Source: Trichinella spiralis (lineage: Eukaryota). Taken from it: 27,985 nt of DNA. A program made the translations under genes and the position numbers. Shown here one piece after another: positions 10,847 through 24,400 of this stretch; position 1 is the first letter of the stretch, and each line of letters opens with the position of its first letter. Below the pieces are notes generated by a model. It made no database searches, had not been told where the DNA came from, and saw only the letters and a program-made list of their open reading frames with translations. The stretch is from positions 1,719,045 through 1,747,029 of the forward strand of contig NW_003526944.1 in assembly GCF_000181795.1 (NCBI RefSeq), given 5' to 3'.

Positions 10847-13800
10847 ATGCATTCGTTTCACCGTTTTGCTTTTTCGCTCCCTGACAAAGATCTTCGCTTG
10901 GAACAACAGTCAGTGCAGCTGTTGGATTTCTGTTAGCTTGTTTGATTTGAATTTATTGATTTTTTAGGCTTCGTGATAGCATGAATGCTCAAGCGATGGA
11001 TACGCAGAGCCCCTTCATGTTTGACATGTCGCCGTTTCGCCCTGAAGATATGAAACAAATTGCGATTGGTCCAGACGCGATTGGTTTTTTGACTGTGGTA
11101 AGAAAAATGAATTTGTTCATCATTTTTATTTATACTTGGCAAGCAAGGTTAAAAAAACATGTACAACGCAAACTTTAAATGGCTACAGTGCGAGGAATGA
11201 CGTTGCGCAAGACAAGCGCGCTTTCCAGTGACGTAATTGGTAGTTTGTTTTCCCTGTGATAGTTGATTAGGTGGGGGACGTTTTCGAATTGGCGATCTTT
11301 CGTTCGAACGGCACCGTCGTCGTCGATCAGAAGCAAGTGGCGGTGTTTGCCGTCTTGCATACCTGTCAAGACGTACTGGCTGGGGTCGGAGCAGCTCTGC
11401 CGGACGAGGAAGTCGCCGTCTTGACGAACGAGTAGCTGACTTTGTTCTCTGGTGATGCGACCGTGGTACCAAGGCTCGCAGGAAAGATCAACGCCGGATC
11501 GGTCGGCACAAGATCCCACAGCTGAACTAACAACGTTAACAGTGGTAGCGCTGCGTTCGGGATTCAAACACATACTGGTCTGCGTAGCGTGTTCGAAACG
11601 CAGAGCGAACGCTTGACCAATGGTCGCCAGGACTTCTTTTTCTGCACCAAGTGCGCATTCGAATACATAACACTGTCGGCCGTGCTCAGCGGTTTTGGCA
11701 ATGTAGGCAATAAATTCCGACGTTGCTTGATCTCCACAAGAGGCGAAAGATATGTCCGGCATGCTGTGGACGAACAGTACCCGATCCGTATCCAACGAAA
11801 GTACGGTCAAACTCTGCGTGCTGATGAACAGACGAACATTTTGACCACCGGCATCGAGATTTGGTTGGGCGGCGATGTATTTCAAAAGCTCTTTGTCCAC
11901 TTTTCTGTGGCGAGAACTTGAAATCTGATTCGCGACAGTGCAAACTCGCCAAATGCATTCTTTCGCCAGCGCCGATCTGACGTTGAATTCAATTTGCTTC
12001 ATACTTGCATTGACCGCTAAGCGACCGATGTAGCGCAGATCATAGCTCAGGCCGTTGCGTAACGCGTTCGCTGAGTGCACAGGTCCGTTGCAGTTCATTT
12101 CTTGCTTTGATCCACTCGAATTATTCACACCACTTGCATATGAATGTGTAGAATTGCATAATTTTTCCACAGTTTAATTGCCATTTGCGATTTTTTTACA
12201 GAATACTACAGTATTCAATTTGATTTGCAAGGTTGCATACAGTAATCTAACTTGCTATTTTGCTTTTTTAATAGATTATTCTTAAAACAATTCTGATCCG
12301 AGGCTGGAAATGTTTGCACTGTATAAAGAGTATTATTGATATTTATTATTATTTTTTTTTCCTTACAATATTCAAAAGAAAAACGGGCATTCGAAAAGTC
12401 GGTTGTCCTGTCTTCCGCTGACAGTTATTTCGATTTTCGTGGCATCGCAGCATTAGTCAACAATTTTACTTTAGAATTCCTTTAAATTTTGCTTTTTACC
12501 TGTTATTTTGGTCCAACTGCGTAGCTGTCGTGTATTTCTGCTTCTGTCCAATTTTTGATGAGTTGTCTGTCTGTAATTTTCTGGTATACAGGTCATCGCA
12601 CGTATAACAACTGCCTGAATTAATGTACAATGTTGGCACGTGATTAAGCTTATGCCCCAGCGAGTTGTTATGCCAAATTGTCCGGTTGCTGTGCACTTGG
12701 TTGCTGGTGACCTGACTCTACAAATAGAATCATAATCAGTGGTTTGGTCATTCCTCAGGAGGTATTTGCCGCAATGTAGACCAGAGGCCGGCCATTATTA
12801 AGCGTGAAAATTAGTTTAATACAAATGTGATATTGGTATTTTTCAGTTTTTGTGTCGAATGCACACATGAACTGGATTGCACGTTTTCCAAATGAACAGA
12901 ACCATTGTACATATGCGTATTACATAATTTCAGTTATATGTTGTTCAGTTAATTGAAAATTTGTTTAATTTTTTAAGCGCAGTCAAATTTCAGCTAAGTG
13001 CTTTGAATGAACAGTATAATACTTTTTTCAAATGGGGAAGCATATTCAAACTGTTATGGGATAAATAAGGACGTACAAATTGTCTTTTAAAAAAGCGGTA
13101 ATACTTCATTTATTTTTATAGTTTGAAAGAATTGATAATATTTTCTCAGTATTAGCCTAATATTTTGTTGGGATGTGCAACTGATTTGACATTGACTTTA
13201 TTTAAATTTAGGATGGCCAAGTTTTTCGAGTTGCGTACGAAATCATAGATGATACGAAAGATCATGCCAATAAAGGAAACGACAGCGGGTACGTTTGGTG
13301 TTTTTTGTTTAATTTATTTGGTGATTCGTTGCATTTTATGTTTTGGCGTTAATTTTAGAAAGAAAGATGCTACTGCAGGTGGTGGTGGCGCGACTGGTTG
13401 CTCTACGGTACCAGCTTCGAATACTGGCAGGGGTTCTGGTGGACCCAGCAATAACAGCACCGGCGGCGGAGGGAATAATGACTCTAACGCTGGTATTTCA
13501 GCACGAGCCACGAAAATTCGTCGTGTAATGATGGCCCGTAGTCGAGTTGGTCGTGGAGGGGTCATTGTTGGTTCCAGACCGCTCATACCAGCCGGCGCTG
13601 TACCAGAAGAGTTAATCAACGAGGTATGTGTTGAAAGGTATTATGAATCCGTTTAATGACTGCGATTATTGATTGTAATAGGCACAAGCTGTTTTGCAAG
13701 GCAAATCTCGAGATGTTATTGTACGTGAATTGCAAAGAACGGTGTGTCACAATTTTTTGCTTAACATTGTTTTCAGCAACATTAGTAATTTATGAGTTTT

Positions 13801-16800
13801 TTTTTCAGAATTGCGATGTTAATCAAGCGGTGAACAATTTACTTGGTCGTGATGACGAAGATGGAGATGATTTTGATGATACTTCTGAAGCTTATTTACC
13901 TGGTATTTGTTTTTTTATTTATATTTTTATTGTTTTTCTTGTTGATTTTTGATAAATGCCAAGATTTGCTTAATGCTTAGTTATTGTTTTATTTCAGTAG
14001 AATATGTATGTTATGTAAATAAATATGTTTTTTTTGTATCAGAGGAACTGATTTCTCTTTTGGATACTGGTTTACAAGGAGAACAGGCAAATGTAATTAT
14101 CAACGCAGAGTCTTTGTATGGTGATGATTTTTTGAGTTTCCCGTTTCGTCGGCGTGTTTTCGAAAAGGCTGCAGAAAGTGGACACAGTATTAAATTTCAA
14201 TTTGATACAGCTCTTTGACGATACTAATTGAATCTTAACTTTAAACAAAACAATGTAGAAAAAACAAATGATGGTGCTGGTAAAGAGCCCTCTAATGAAG
14301 AGTCCGTTCCTCCTCCTCCGAGGTATACAATTTCATTGTCCCCAAAGAAGATGTTCTTCAAATGGACTGCGGACGAAGAATCGGATGGGGTAAATAATTT
14401 TTTTCACGCATTATTAATCTGTGAACATAATATTGTTTGGCAGTTAGAATTGCTGCTGTTATTGTTGCTAATTTTTTTAAGGAAGGGAAGCGTTTTCGTG
14501 CGATTGGCGCTATGCATTCTGACTTGCTTGCTGTCACCGCGGACGGTGTATTGTATCGTTGGGCTTGGAATCAGAAGCAACCATCGCCGGTAATAATTAC
14601 AAATTATGCGAACTGGGAAGTGAAAGAAAAATAATTTTACTATTTGTTACTGGATTATAATTATATTTTATCATTTTTAAGAATCCGCATCCTGCATGGG
14701 AGACTATTTGCAACAAGGAACCAATTGAATCTATTTCTTGCAGCAGTGTTCGCACTACTGTTTTGACAACTCATCGCAGAGTGGCTAGTTTTGTCGACGA
14801 GTCGTTGGATTTAATAAGCAATGCTTTGTCCACTGGTTTGCACAGTCTGCCAGAGCCAATTGTCGATGTGTACTCCTGCGATTTATATTCTTGTGCCATG
14901 ACAAAATCTGGAAATGTTTATTGGTGGTAGGCAGTTATTATTAGTGTATACTATTTTCTGTAATTTACACTGCATGTTTTTTTTCGTAGGGGTGTTTTGC
15001 CGTCAGTGCAAAGAATGAAAGTTTTGGACGCAATAAAAAATAAACTGAAGAAAGAAGTTGCATCTGAGGCGAAGGATATCACAGTTGGTCGCTTGGTAAT
15101 GCAAAATTTGGTTTGCAGATTTGGTTTGCTATTGAATGAATATTTGCTTGTATTTTTTTCAGGTAAGAATGCAGCACGGTCCTATGTTTCAAGCCGATGC
15201 GTTGGGTTTTACACTTGTTAACGGATATCCACAAGTTGTAATTTTAATGGAATCCGTTTGGCCAAACCACGATACAGCTCGTTTTCAGATGCTTTTGCCC
15301 TCAAGTTCAGTTGTTTCGTAAGTGTTTATTTCGTGTGGTTTTTGTAATATTTAAAAAATGAAATTTGAATTGAATTATTTGCATTTTGCAAAATCATGCT
15401 GCAGGGATCCGAAAAGAGGGTTATACAACGAAGGGTTAGAATCGGCGGTGGAAGATAGATCAGAATCTTTTGCTTCATCCGCCCAATTGACTGGTATTAT
15501 ATTTTAATGTACGCGTATATACAGTAATATACGGTGTTTGTTTAATTAGCTGGAAATCGTAAAAGAAAGCATGCACTTTCTGCGGCAAGCAGCTACAGAG
15601 AAGAAACTCTGCATTTGAAAGACGTAGTCATGGTGGTTGAAAATCGAAATGCAACTATTGGCAAAGTAGTGAAAGTGAGATTTCAAAATTTATTCAGCAA
15701 TTGTATTTGTATTATTAAAATTTTATTCAACGTGTCAGGTCGACGGACCGTATTGCGCAGTTCTGTTTGCGGACAGTAATGGCGTGATAAACGATACTGC
15801 TGATGACGCAATGAATCGAAGCCGTCTACTTCGCAAAGAAGATTTGCGAGTGGTAAATAAATTCTTCTCCGTAGAAGATTGATGCTTAATTAATTATATT
15901 TTCTTTTTTAAATATATGCTTGTAAAAGAATAATTGTGTGCTATTATTTTAAATTCAGGTTCCAAAGGTTCAATGTTTTTCTTCTACACTGGAGTACATT
16001 CAAAAAGAGCCAAAGAAGTTTTACAATCTTTCCGATGATCACTTTATTTTGGATGTGGCAGTTGAGCCTACCGGTGAGCAGTGACCCATTGAAAACAACG
16101 AATATATAGTTTTTTTTGTTCATTTATTTTTGAAATTTTGTATTCAGGCATTTGGTATTTGCATCAACTTCTTAGTCGAGTGCTGTTATCAAAAATTAAT
16201 TTCTCTGGTGAGATGCTTGCAAGCATCATTGTCGCATACGATTCCCATGAATTTATTGGCTCACGCAGACCCCGGTTGATCAACCATGGCGAGGTTGGAA
16301 TTGATTTCTATTTATCATCTTTGTTATTGTTTAAATTCCGTTATCAAATGGTGATTTAATGGTTTGCTCATGCTTCTGAGTGTAGGATTCGTTGATGCTA
16401 ATACGTGATGGGTGCGGTTCGTTAACTCCAGTGTGGACGGATTTGCCAGCGCGCGTTGGAAGTCCAACCGGTATCGGAACTGTCTTGGCGTTAGGATACG
16501 GCACACATACCCTTGCCACGAATTTTTCAGAGAAGAAAAAAATAGGCATTATTCTTCTCGCTGAAAAGGTTAATTATATAATACTTTATACGTTTATATA
16601 TATATGATTGCAAGTTCTGTTTGCAGAAAGAAGAGCTTATGAGAGATATATTGCATTGTGATGTAGATTACATCAAAGCGCGCATATTTTCTCAAAAGCC
16701 CATAGGTGACTATAATTTTTAAGTTGTTTGGCTTTGCTGTAAACTTCTTCTATTTAAAAATTAAAGATGAAGTTGCTGATTATATTTTTAAGTAACAAGT

Positions 16801-18397
16801 CGTTTGTATGAAGATATGCTATCATTGAAATTGAACTGTGGTCGAAATGTGCTGCACGTTGCGGTGTCGATGTCCATTGCGGCGACAAACAAAGAGAATT
16901 TCAGTTTGTCATTGTCGTCGTCGATGGCGGCCAGTGAAAATCCTTCTGGAGGTCGTGCAACTTCGGACGGAAGGTGGGAGGCGGTGAATTCACCCAGCCG
17001 AATCAACGTTACGGTCAGCTTGAACAGCATGATGCAGCTTGGCCGGAGGTTCGTCGATCCGACGGGCATGTCGTCGCACGTGTTACGGGGATATGCTCTT
17101 CGTTCGGAGGCCAGCACGCAGAGTGCCGCTTCCAGGTGGGCGATGGAGATGGCCGTCGAAGCGGCCGCGGCTGCTGCGGGCATTGTCCCTGTTACTGCGG
17201 GCACAACCACGATCGCTTCACAGAGCGGCAACCCGCCCTCGACAACCTCTATGGGTGTTGACGATGAAATGAGTAAAACTTTTCTTTTTCTGATCTTATA
17301 TATTCCAGTTTGCCGTCTTGTTTGACACTTTTTTTGTGTTGTTGTTCCAGTGGTTCCAGTAGCTTTAGATTTGGCCACGTTGAAGCCCAGAGCGTTGACT
17401 AATTCGAATGAGCGTCAAAGGGCTGCGTTTGAAATTGTGAAATTGCTCACTGGAAATTTGGTCGCCAACACTGAACTATTTCAATTGCTTTCTCAGTGGT
17501 ACGTGTGCTTCTTTTTTTTATTTGTAATAATTGTTGTTGCTCTAAATATTGTACGTAAAGTGGAAGCTTGTTTTTGAAGTTTTGGTTTCAAATATTCCGT
17601 TCGTTAATATTATTATTTCAGTGATCACAACGGTATGACTCCATTTATGTACGCTGTCGACTGTCGCAGTTATCACGTGGCTGAAATAATGTTGTTGAGC
17701 TTGAAACGCATCATTCGTAGCTTTTCTGTGCCGAATCAAAACAGAGCGATGATGTCGGTTGTTTTTCCCGTCAACACTAGGCCTGAATTTTCGCCGCTGT
17801 ATATGCTTTGCTGCAACGACACTTGCAGCTTTACCTGGACCGGTAGTGAGCATGTCAATCAGGTAAAAAATAATATTCATTTAAGAAGAGAATGCATTTT
17901 CAGAATTTTATGCAAATTTTGTTTTTTTTTTGAAGGACATTTTTGAATGTATCACGTGCGGTTTGGTCGGCTCGTTGTGTTGTTGCACCGAATGTGCGTA
18001 CGTTTGTCATCGGAATCACGAGTGCAGATTGAAGCGTACTTCGCCGACCGCATATTGCGATTGTTGGGAAAAATGCAAATGCAAATCGCTGGTTGCGGGC
18101 AATCTGGACATCCGTTTTGAACTTTTCAGAAATCTCGTCAATTGTCAATGTCTCTACAGTGTTCTGAACGACAAGTATAATAAAAGCGCCGTTTACGTTG
18201 GCGATTTTGCGAGCATGCGTGTTTCTTCGTTAAATGACAAAAAATTTTTTTGTTTTCTTTCTCAGGAATGAGCATTTGTTGTTGTTCCTTACAAGAACGG
18301 TAAGTCGCCAAGTGAGCGAACATCGACAGTTTCGTTCTCGATGTCGAAAAAGTATTGCCTCTTTGAGTGAGTTCTTTTACACATTATTCATATTATA

Positions 18398-18433
<36 letters not shown>

Positions 18434-21400
18434 TTTTGTTTTTTCAGTTGACATGCCAGAGTTTGACTTGGATCCGCCTCGTTTTGCTCTTCGAGCTTTG
18501 GAATATTTGTTCAGTCGTTGGGATTTGTTCGAACATTTTGTTATGCATGAATATCATCCGCTTGAAACGTAACTGTTGTTCTATTCTATTTAGCAAATTT
18601 TGAGTGTTCTTTTTATTTCTTTTTTTAGAAATGTAAATATGAGCGAAAGTCGATTTTATTTGATATCCCAAGATGGAGTTTCGTTTTTGGATCGTTTTGT
18701 TTACCTGCTGTTGACGAAGTTGCCTATTGGGGTAGGTTTTTTTTGCTTTCTGTATATATATGCTTAATTAAGTGTTTGATTGGTTTGATTTTAGTGCTTC
18801 GATGCGTTGGTGCGACTTTTGTCCACGGAATGCAAGTTGACGTCCAAAGCAGACAAGAATTTGGCCGTTTTGCCCCGCTTCGCTCGATCCGTGGTACGCA
18901 TGTTTGTGCTGTTGAACGTGTCGCCCCAGTATTCGAATTGCCGCAAGAATCAACCGCTGAGTCGTTGTCGAAAAATATTTCACGCTATTTTACCGCACGC
19001 TGTGCGCGAGTTGATCACCACCGCCGACGGTATTTTGGCCCCGGTGCGATTGGGCATGGTGAAACCGTGCGAACCGTTCACCATGGCCAACTGTACCGAT
19101 CCGCTGGAATTGATAGAGAAGATGGTTATGGAAGATCCGGTGCTGCTTCCCAACGATGTGGACAGAGAGGAGGAGAAGAAATTTCTCGTCGACGAACGCG
19201 ACATCCTTGCCAGCAGTCCAATTGTGGTGAACTCTCTGCCCAAGAGGACACGTTCAGAGGTGTCGTCTTACATGCAAGATTTGGCCACTTTGACTGGCGA
19301 AGAAGCGACCAGCGACAACGACACCGATTCCGAAGCAGACGAGACGATGCAAGAGACCGAAGGCAATGCGACCGCCGGTTCCGACGCCGGAAACGACGAC
19401 TCTTCTGTCGACGTGGCAATGTCGCCGCCGTTGGAGGCGATGCCCACGCTGCATGTGGTGGAAATTCCCGCCGAAGCCGACTCGGATCACGAAGGCAGCC
19501 AGGCGTCTGGCCGACATGCGCGTCGTGTCAGCAACGCCGACCAAGATACCGACTATTCGTACACTGAAGTCGAATCCAATTCGAGCGTATCCGAAGAATC
19601 GGATGTTATGTTCGACGAAAATAACCAAGAAGACACCGACACCGAAGGGTCGAATTTTGCTTGGTCCGGCCGAATTCGAGATCGCAAGAAAGGCGCCAAA
19701 CCGACCACATCCCCGGAAAAATTGTCAACTTCCACCGTACATATAACGAATTTGTTGTCGCGCTTGTTTTCAATGTTGATTCGCGAAGCGTTGGATTTGC
19801 TTTTGTACGGTTATTCTTCGGAGCAGTCGTCGATGGCGAGCCGTAGCAGCTCGACTTTTTACGTCCCCAAGCGTCTACTTGCTGAATTGTTGGTATGCAT
19901 TATTATTATTATTACTATCATTATTATTATTATTATTATCATTATTCGTCATTTGTTGATTTTCATTTTGATATTATTACACAAATAGGAACAAGTGAGC
20001 AGAACGTTGCAGCCGACGTGGAACTGGCTATTTCCGCTACTCGATTATTTGGATTCGCATTTACGATTTTCTGCCGCCATGTCGAATATAGTTGGTCCAA
20101 AAAAGCGTCAAGCGGCGGCCAAATCTCACATGTCCGACATTGCTGGTGAAGGTGATGCAGCGCAAACCTCGGGCGACAAGTCAACTATAGGTTTGCTAAT
20201 TCTTTATCACAAGAAGAGAATTTTTATTCCAATTTTATTCCAAATCATATAATTAGTCTAATGCTATTGCTATATATATGTATATATATTATGTAGAAAT
20301 GTCGTCAAAATCTGAAACGGCGTCGCGTTTAACTGTTCTGAATTTGTTGATGTCGATGATGCGCAGTCACACTTCTGAGCACGGTGATAGCTGGGCAGCT
20401 TTGGACTTGTGGTCCATGAAGCACGTGGCAGTCGTTGCCGACGCCTACTTCTGTTATGCCGGTGCGTTGTCCATGTTTTCAGAAAATTTATCAAACTCCG
20501 TACGAGATATGTCCAAAGATTTTCCTACCAATTCCTGTTGTGATCTTCTTTTTATAGTATGTTATTGTTTTTATAATTCCTATTTGCACAGTTTACACAT
20601 ATGTGGAACAAAACATTGTTTGATTTTCCTTTTAGAGAGCTCTTCAGCGTGATTCATCCGACGCGATTGCAGGTGAATCGACGTCCATTAGCAAGCAAAA
20701 CCCATTTTTTACGGTGAGCTCTTTTTTTCTCCTAAATAGCTAGCTCCATTTGTTGATTTGGTTTTTAAAACTAACTAAATGTACTAAATGTAGTAAACAA
20801 CACACAGCATTGGGCTTTAATCTTATTTATTAATTATTCATTTGCGAAAGAGGGATGGATAATCGTGTATTTTTATTAGTCGCTTTGTGGTTTGAAATAA
20901 TTTTTATTTTATTGTTGTAGCGTTCTGATTCTATGGTTTATCCTGGTTTATTTCCGGTGAAGTCTGCATTCGAGCACAGTGTGCCCGAAAGCATACCGTT
21001 GTGCAACCGGCCGCACATGTTGCAGGCAAGCTCCAGCAAGGAGTCGTTGTACGGATTGCCCCCATCCTATGACAAATGGAGTGAACACCTGGTTGGGAGG
21101 AGCATACATTTTTTTTCTTGCAGTTGTGATTTGATCGTTGTTTTTTCATCTGTTTTTTTTCTTCAAGAGAACCCAGTTGCAAATGGGAAACGAAGCTCCG
21201 GGTTCGAGTAGTCTTACTAGAAACATGTCGCACAAAACGCGTCTTACATTAGCGTCATTCGCTCCATTGGATGACACTGCTGCTGATCGAGAAATTTCAA
21301 AGTCCAGTCCAAAACGATTCCGTCGTGGTAAGCCAAGTTAAATATTTGAAATTTTAAGTTTGTTTCTTCTATGTGAAATATTTTTCAGTTGCTCTCAGAA

Positions 21401-24400
21401 AAATTAATATTTGTGATTTCATCTAGAAATTACCATATTATATATATATATATATATAATAGTATGAAAGTAATTTTGCATGTGTGATTGTAGAACGCAG
21501 ATCCAAAAGTGTTATTGTCCATTCGAGCGAAGCAGCTTCGCCTAAAAGTGCCGAAGATACCATCACCGCTATTGTAAATTCAGCTCTGTAAGGAGAATGT
21601 TTATGTTGAAAATTGTAATTCTTATGTCTGTTTCCATTACAACACAGGGTTCGTTGGGAAGATCAGCAGATGTTGATGAGTCGTTGGAAGCTGGTGTTGA
21701 CGACGTTCGCGAAAATGTTCGCCGATGAACAAATGTTGACAACCGGCGGTTCAATATTCACTCAACTTTCTGGTTTTGGACCAAAGGCGGCTCGTTTTCG
21801 CAAGGCGATGGAACGCATTCGAAATACATCTAAGGATTTGCAGTTCATGGTAAATTGAACAGTTGAATTTCATATTTATTATTATTATAATCATATTAGA
21901 ACATGATGATATTTGGTGATATGACGAGCAATTTGATGGCAAGAAGTTCGATTAGAATTTAGGATGGCGATTGTGATTTGTGGGTTTTTTTTCAGGTTGA
22001 TCGTGATAGGCCTATGCTTTTGCGCGAAACGTTTCAAGTGTTGAATGCTTTTTTTGAACGTCGCCAGATGGGCAACAGTTCACAGCATCACGTCATAGGC
22101 GTGCACCGCGTCAAGGTGAGCTTCAAAGATGAGCCCGGAGAAGGTTCCGGAGTGGCAAGATCATTCTTCACCGCCATCGCGTCTGCCATATTGTCGCCTT
22201 TGCCGTTGCCCAATTTTGAATTGTCACCACTACCAACCACAGCGTTGGGAATGAATACAATAGGTAGCCCGTCCGCTGCAACACCAATGCCTCCAACTAG
22301 ACAAAGTAGGAGATCCAGAAGTAACTTTTATTTCTTTTTTACTTATTTTTTTAGTTATTCTTGTACGAGAGAAGAATTTTTCAAAAATTTACACGTTTAA
22401 TTTATTTGGGAAAGAATTTGGTGATAAATGATAACTTATTATTATTGGTTTAAATTTCATTTTTTTTCATGTTGACTTTCAGTGTGTGAGAGTTTTGAGA
22501 AATTGATGAAATTGTTCATTTTGTTCAATTTTTCGAATGTGATCATGGCTAAATAATTTTCTATTTGCTTGATTTTGCAGGATTGGGTTTGCGCAGTCGA
22601 GGCAGATCGAAAGACAACAGTCGACGACCGTTGTTCACTATGCCTGTAGGATGGCTTGAAGGGACAATTGGTGCTTCGCCATTTTTCCCCACTGTATCTG
22701 CTCCGGAGGTGGCAGGACCGCTGGATGAGAACAACGTGCAAGCTATGGGCAATCGAATTTACATGAAAGTGAACTCTATGTTTCCGGTATGAGAATGATG
22801 AATAATATAATAGCTTTGATCTTTGGACTTTCACGTTGTGCAGAGATATTTGTAATGTTCTATTTACTGGTTATTGGTTTATTGTTCTGTTGTGTTTCAG
22901 AGATACGCAGCAAAAGTGACCGGCATGTTGCTCGAAGTGCCGACTCACCAGTTGATAGTAATGCTCACCCACGAGGCGACACTGGAACATCTTGCACAGA
23001 ATGCTTACGAAGTATTGTTGACTTGGGTTCAGTAAGTTTGGCATTGATTGATTGTGTAATTTGAATAAAAGGAAACTATTCTTTGAACAATTTTATTCTA
23101 GGAGCAGTGGTGGAAATCCAGGAGATTTCATGCCTGGAGGCCCGTTACCCAGTGCTTCGACTCAGTCGACGGTTATGCCGTCGACTGTGGCGACCGCTCA
23201 GCCTGCTAACACCGCCGCAGTTACTACTACCATCGCTACGGCCAGTACCGCTTCGGCATCGGTTTCCGCTTCTCAAGTATCGCCAGGTCCAGTAGCCGGT
23301 GCTGCTGCAGCAACAAGCATGGCTGCCGTCGACACGTCGTCGTCGGCTGCATCATCGGGCGGAACCACGTCAACCGTTTCCTCTGCAACCGGCGCCGCTA
23401 TTCCATCGACCGTCACTACTTACGACTCGAGATGGTTATCTTGTCCAGATCTGCCTCGACTGTGTAAATGTTGCTGATTTAATAATATTTTGCTGTTTTT
23501 TGTTTCTTTTTTTTATTTGATAATTTTCTGTCGACAATCTTCTTCTAGTGGAGAACGTTGCAGACGTGAAAGACGATCGTCCGTTGTTTTTCAAACCTGG
23601 CAATGGTATGTTCTACGCGCCGGTCGCCGGTGCCGAATCACCCAGCCGTCTGAACGCGTATCGTAACGTTGGCAGGTTCGTATGTGTTCTTCAACAGTTG
23701 GTTAATTATTATTTTTTTTTCAAAAAATGCTTGTGAATCATTTCTGTGCTTTTTCTCTTTTATATCTTCTCACGTTTACGCTTACTCTCGCTCCCTTTCA
23801 CTCTCACTTTCACTCTCTCTCATTTGCCTGCTAGCTAAGTAGCTAGCTTCATTAAATTCCACTTGTGCTTCAGATTGATTGGAATTGCACTGTCGCAGAA
23901 TGAAATATTTCCACTACCACTTTGTCGTTCAGTTTTCAAATTCATTCTGCGACGACCGATCACTTGGTACGACATGGCATTTTACGATTGCTACATGTAC
24001 GAAAAGTTGCACAAACTTGTCACTGGTGAATACGCGGCTGAAGATTTGGATTTGAATTTTACCATTACACTGGATGCAATTGAAGTAATTGAAATAATGA
24101 CTGACAACTAACTAACTGTTAATATTTATTTATTTATTTATTTATTTGTTTATTTGTTTTTGGTTGGTTGATTGTTTTTCAAATTGGCGTTATTATAATT
24201 TGACAAATTCTGTCAAGTCAAGTGGACAAAATATGCCCGTTTTATACGTGTTTTTTTCAGGGAGGCAATACGGTTGAATTGTTGAGCAACGGTACAAATG
24301 TGGCAGTGACTTCAGAAAACGTAGTGAAGTATGTGTTCTTGTATGCGCAGCATCGACTTTACAAACTTGTTCAATCGGCTCTTACTGTGAGTTCTTCTTT

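Noticed and set aside
12774..12794. ATGTAGAC (reverse complement of the MITE TSD) followed by CAGAGGCCGGCCA, like a second hAT end
   Set aside because: No matching inverted end or second TSD copy was found nearby.
14187..14258. UBR5 intron with TCTTAAC about 20 nt before the AG and no pyrimidine tract (U12-like 3' end)
   Set aside because: The available donors (GTATTA or GTGGAC) do not match the strongly conserved U12 5' consensus.
16788..17378. 196-aa minus-strand ORF
   Set aside because: It is the antisense of an Ala/Ser-rich UBR5 exon, with no independent evidence.
18743..19846. Several long overlapping alternative-frame and antisense ORFs (up to 274 aa)
   Set aside because: They are shadows of one long GC-rich UBR5 exon (18795-19892). 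They are Arg-rich frame-shifted translations with no motifs.
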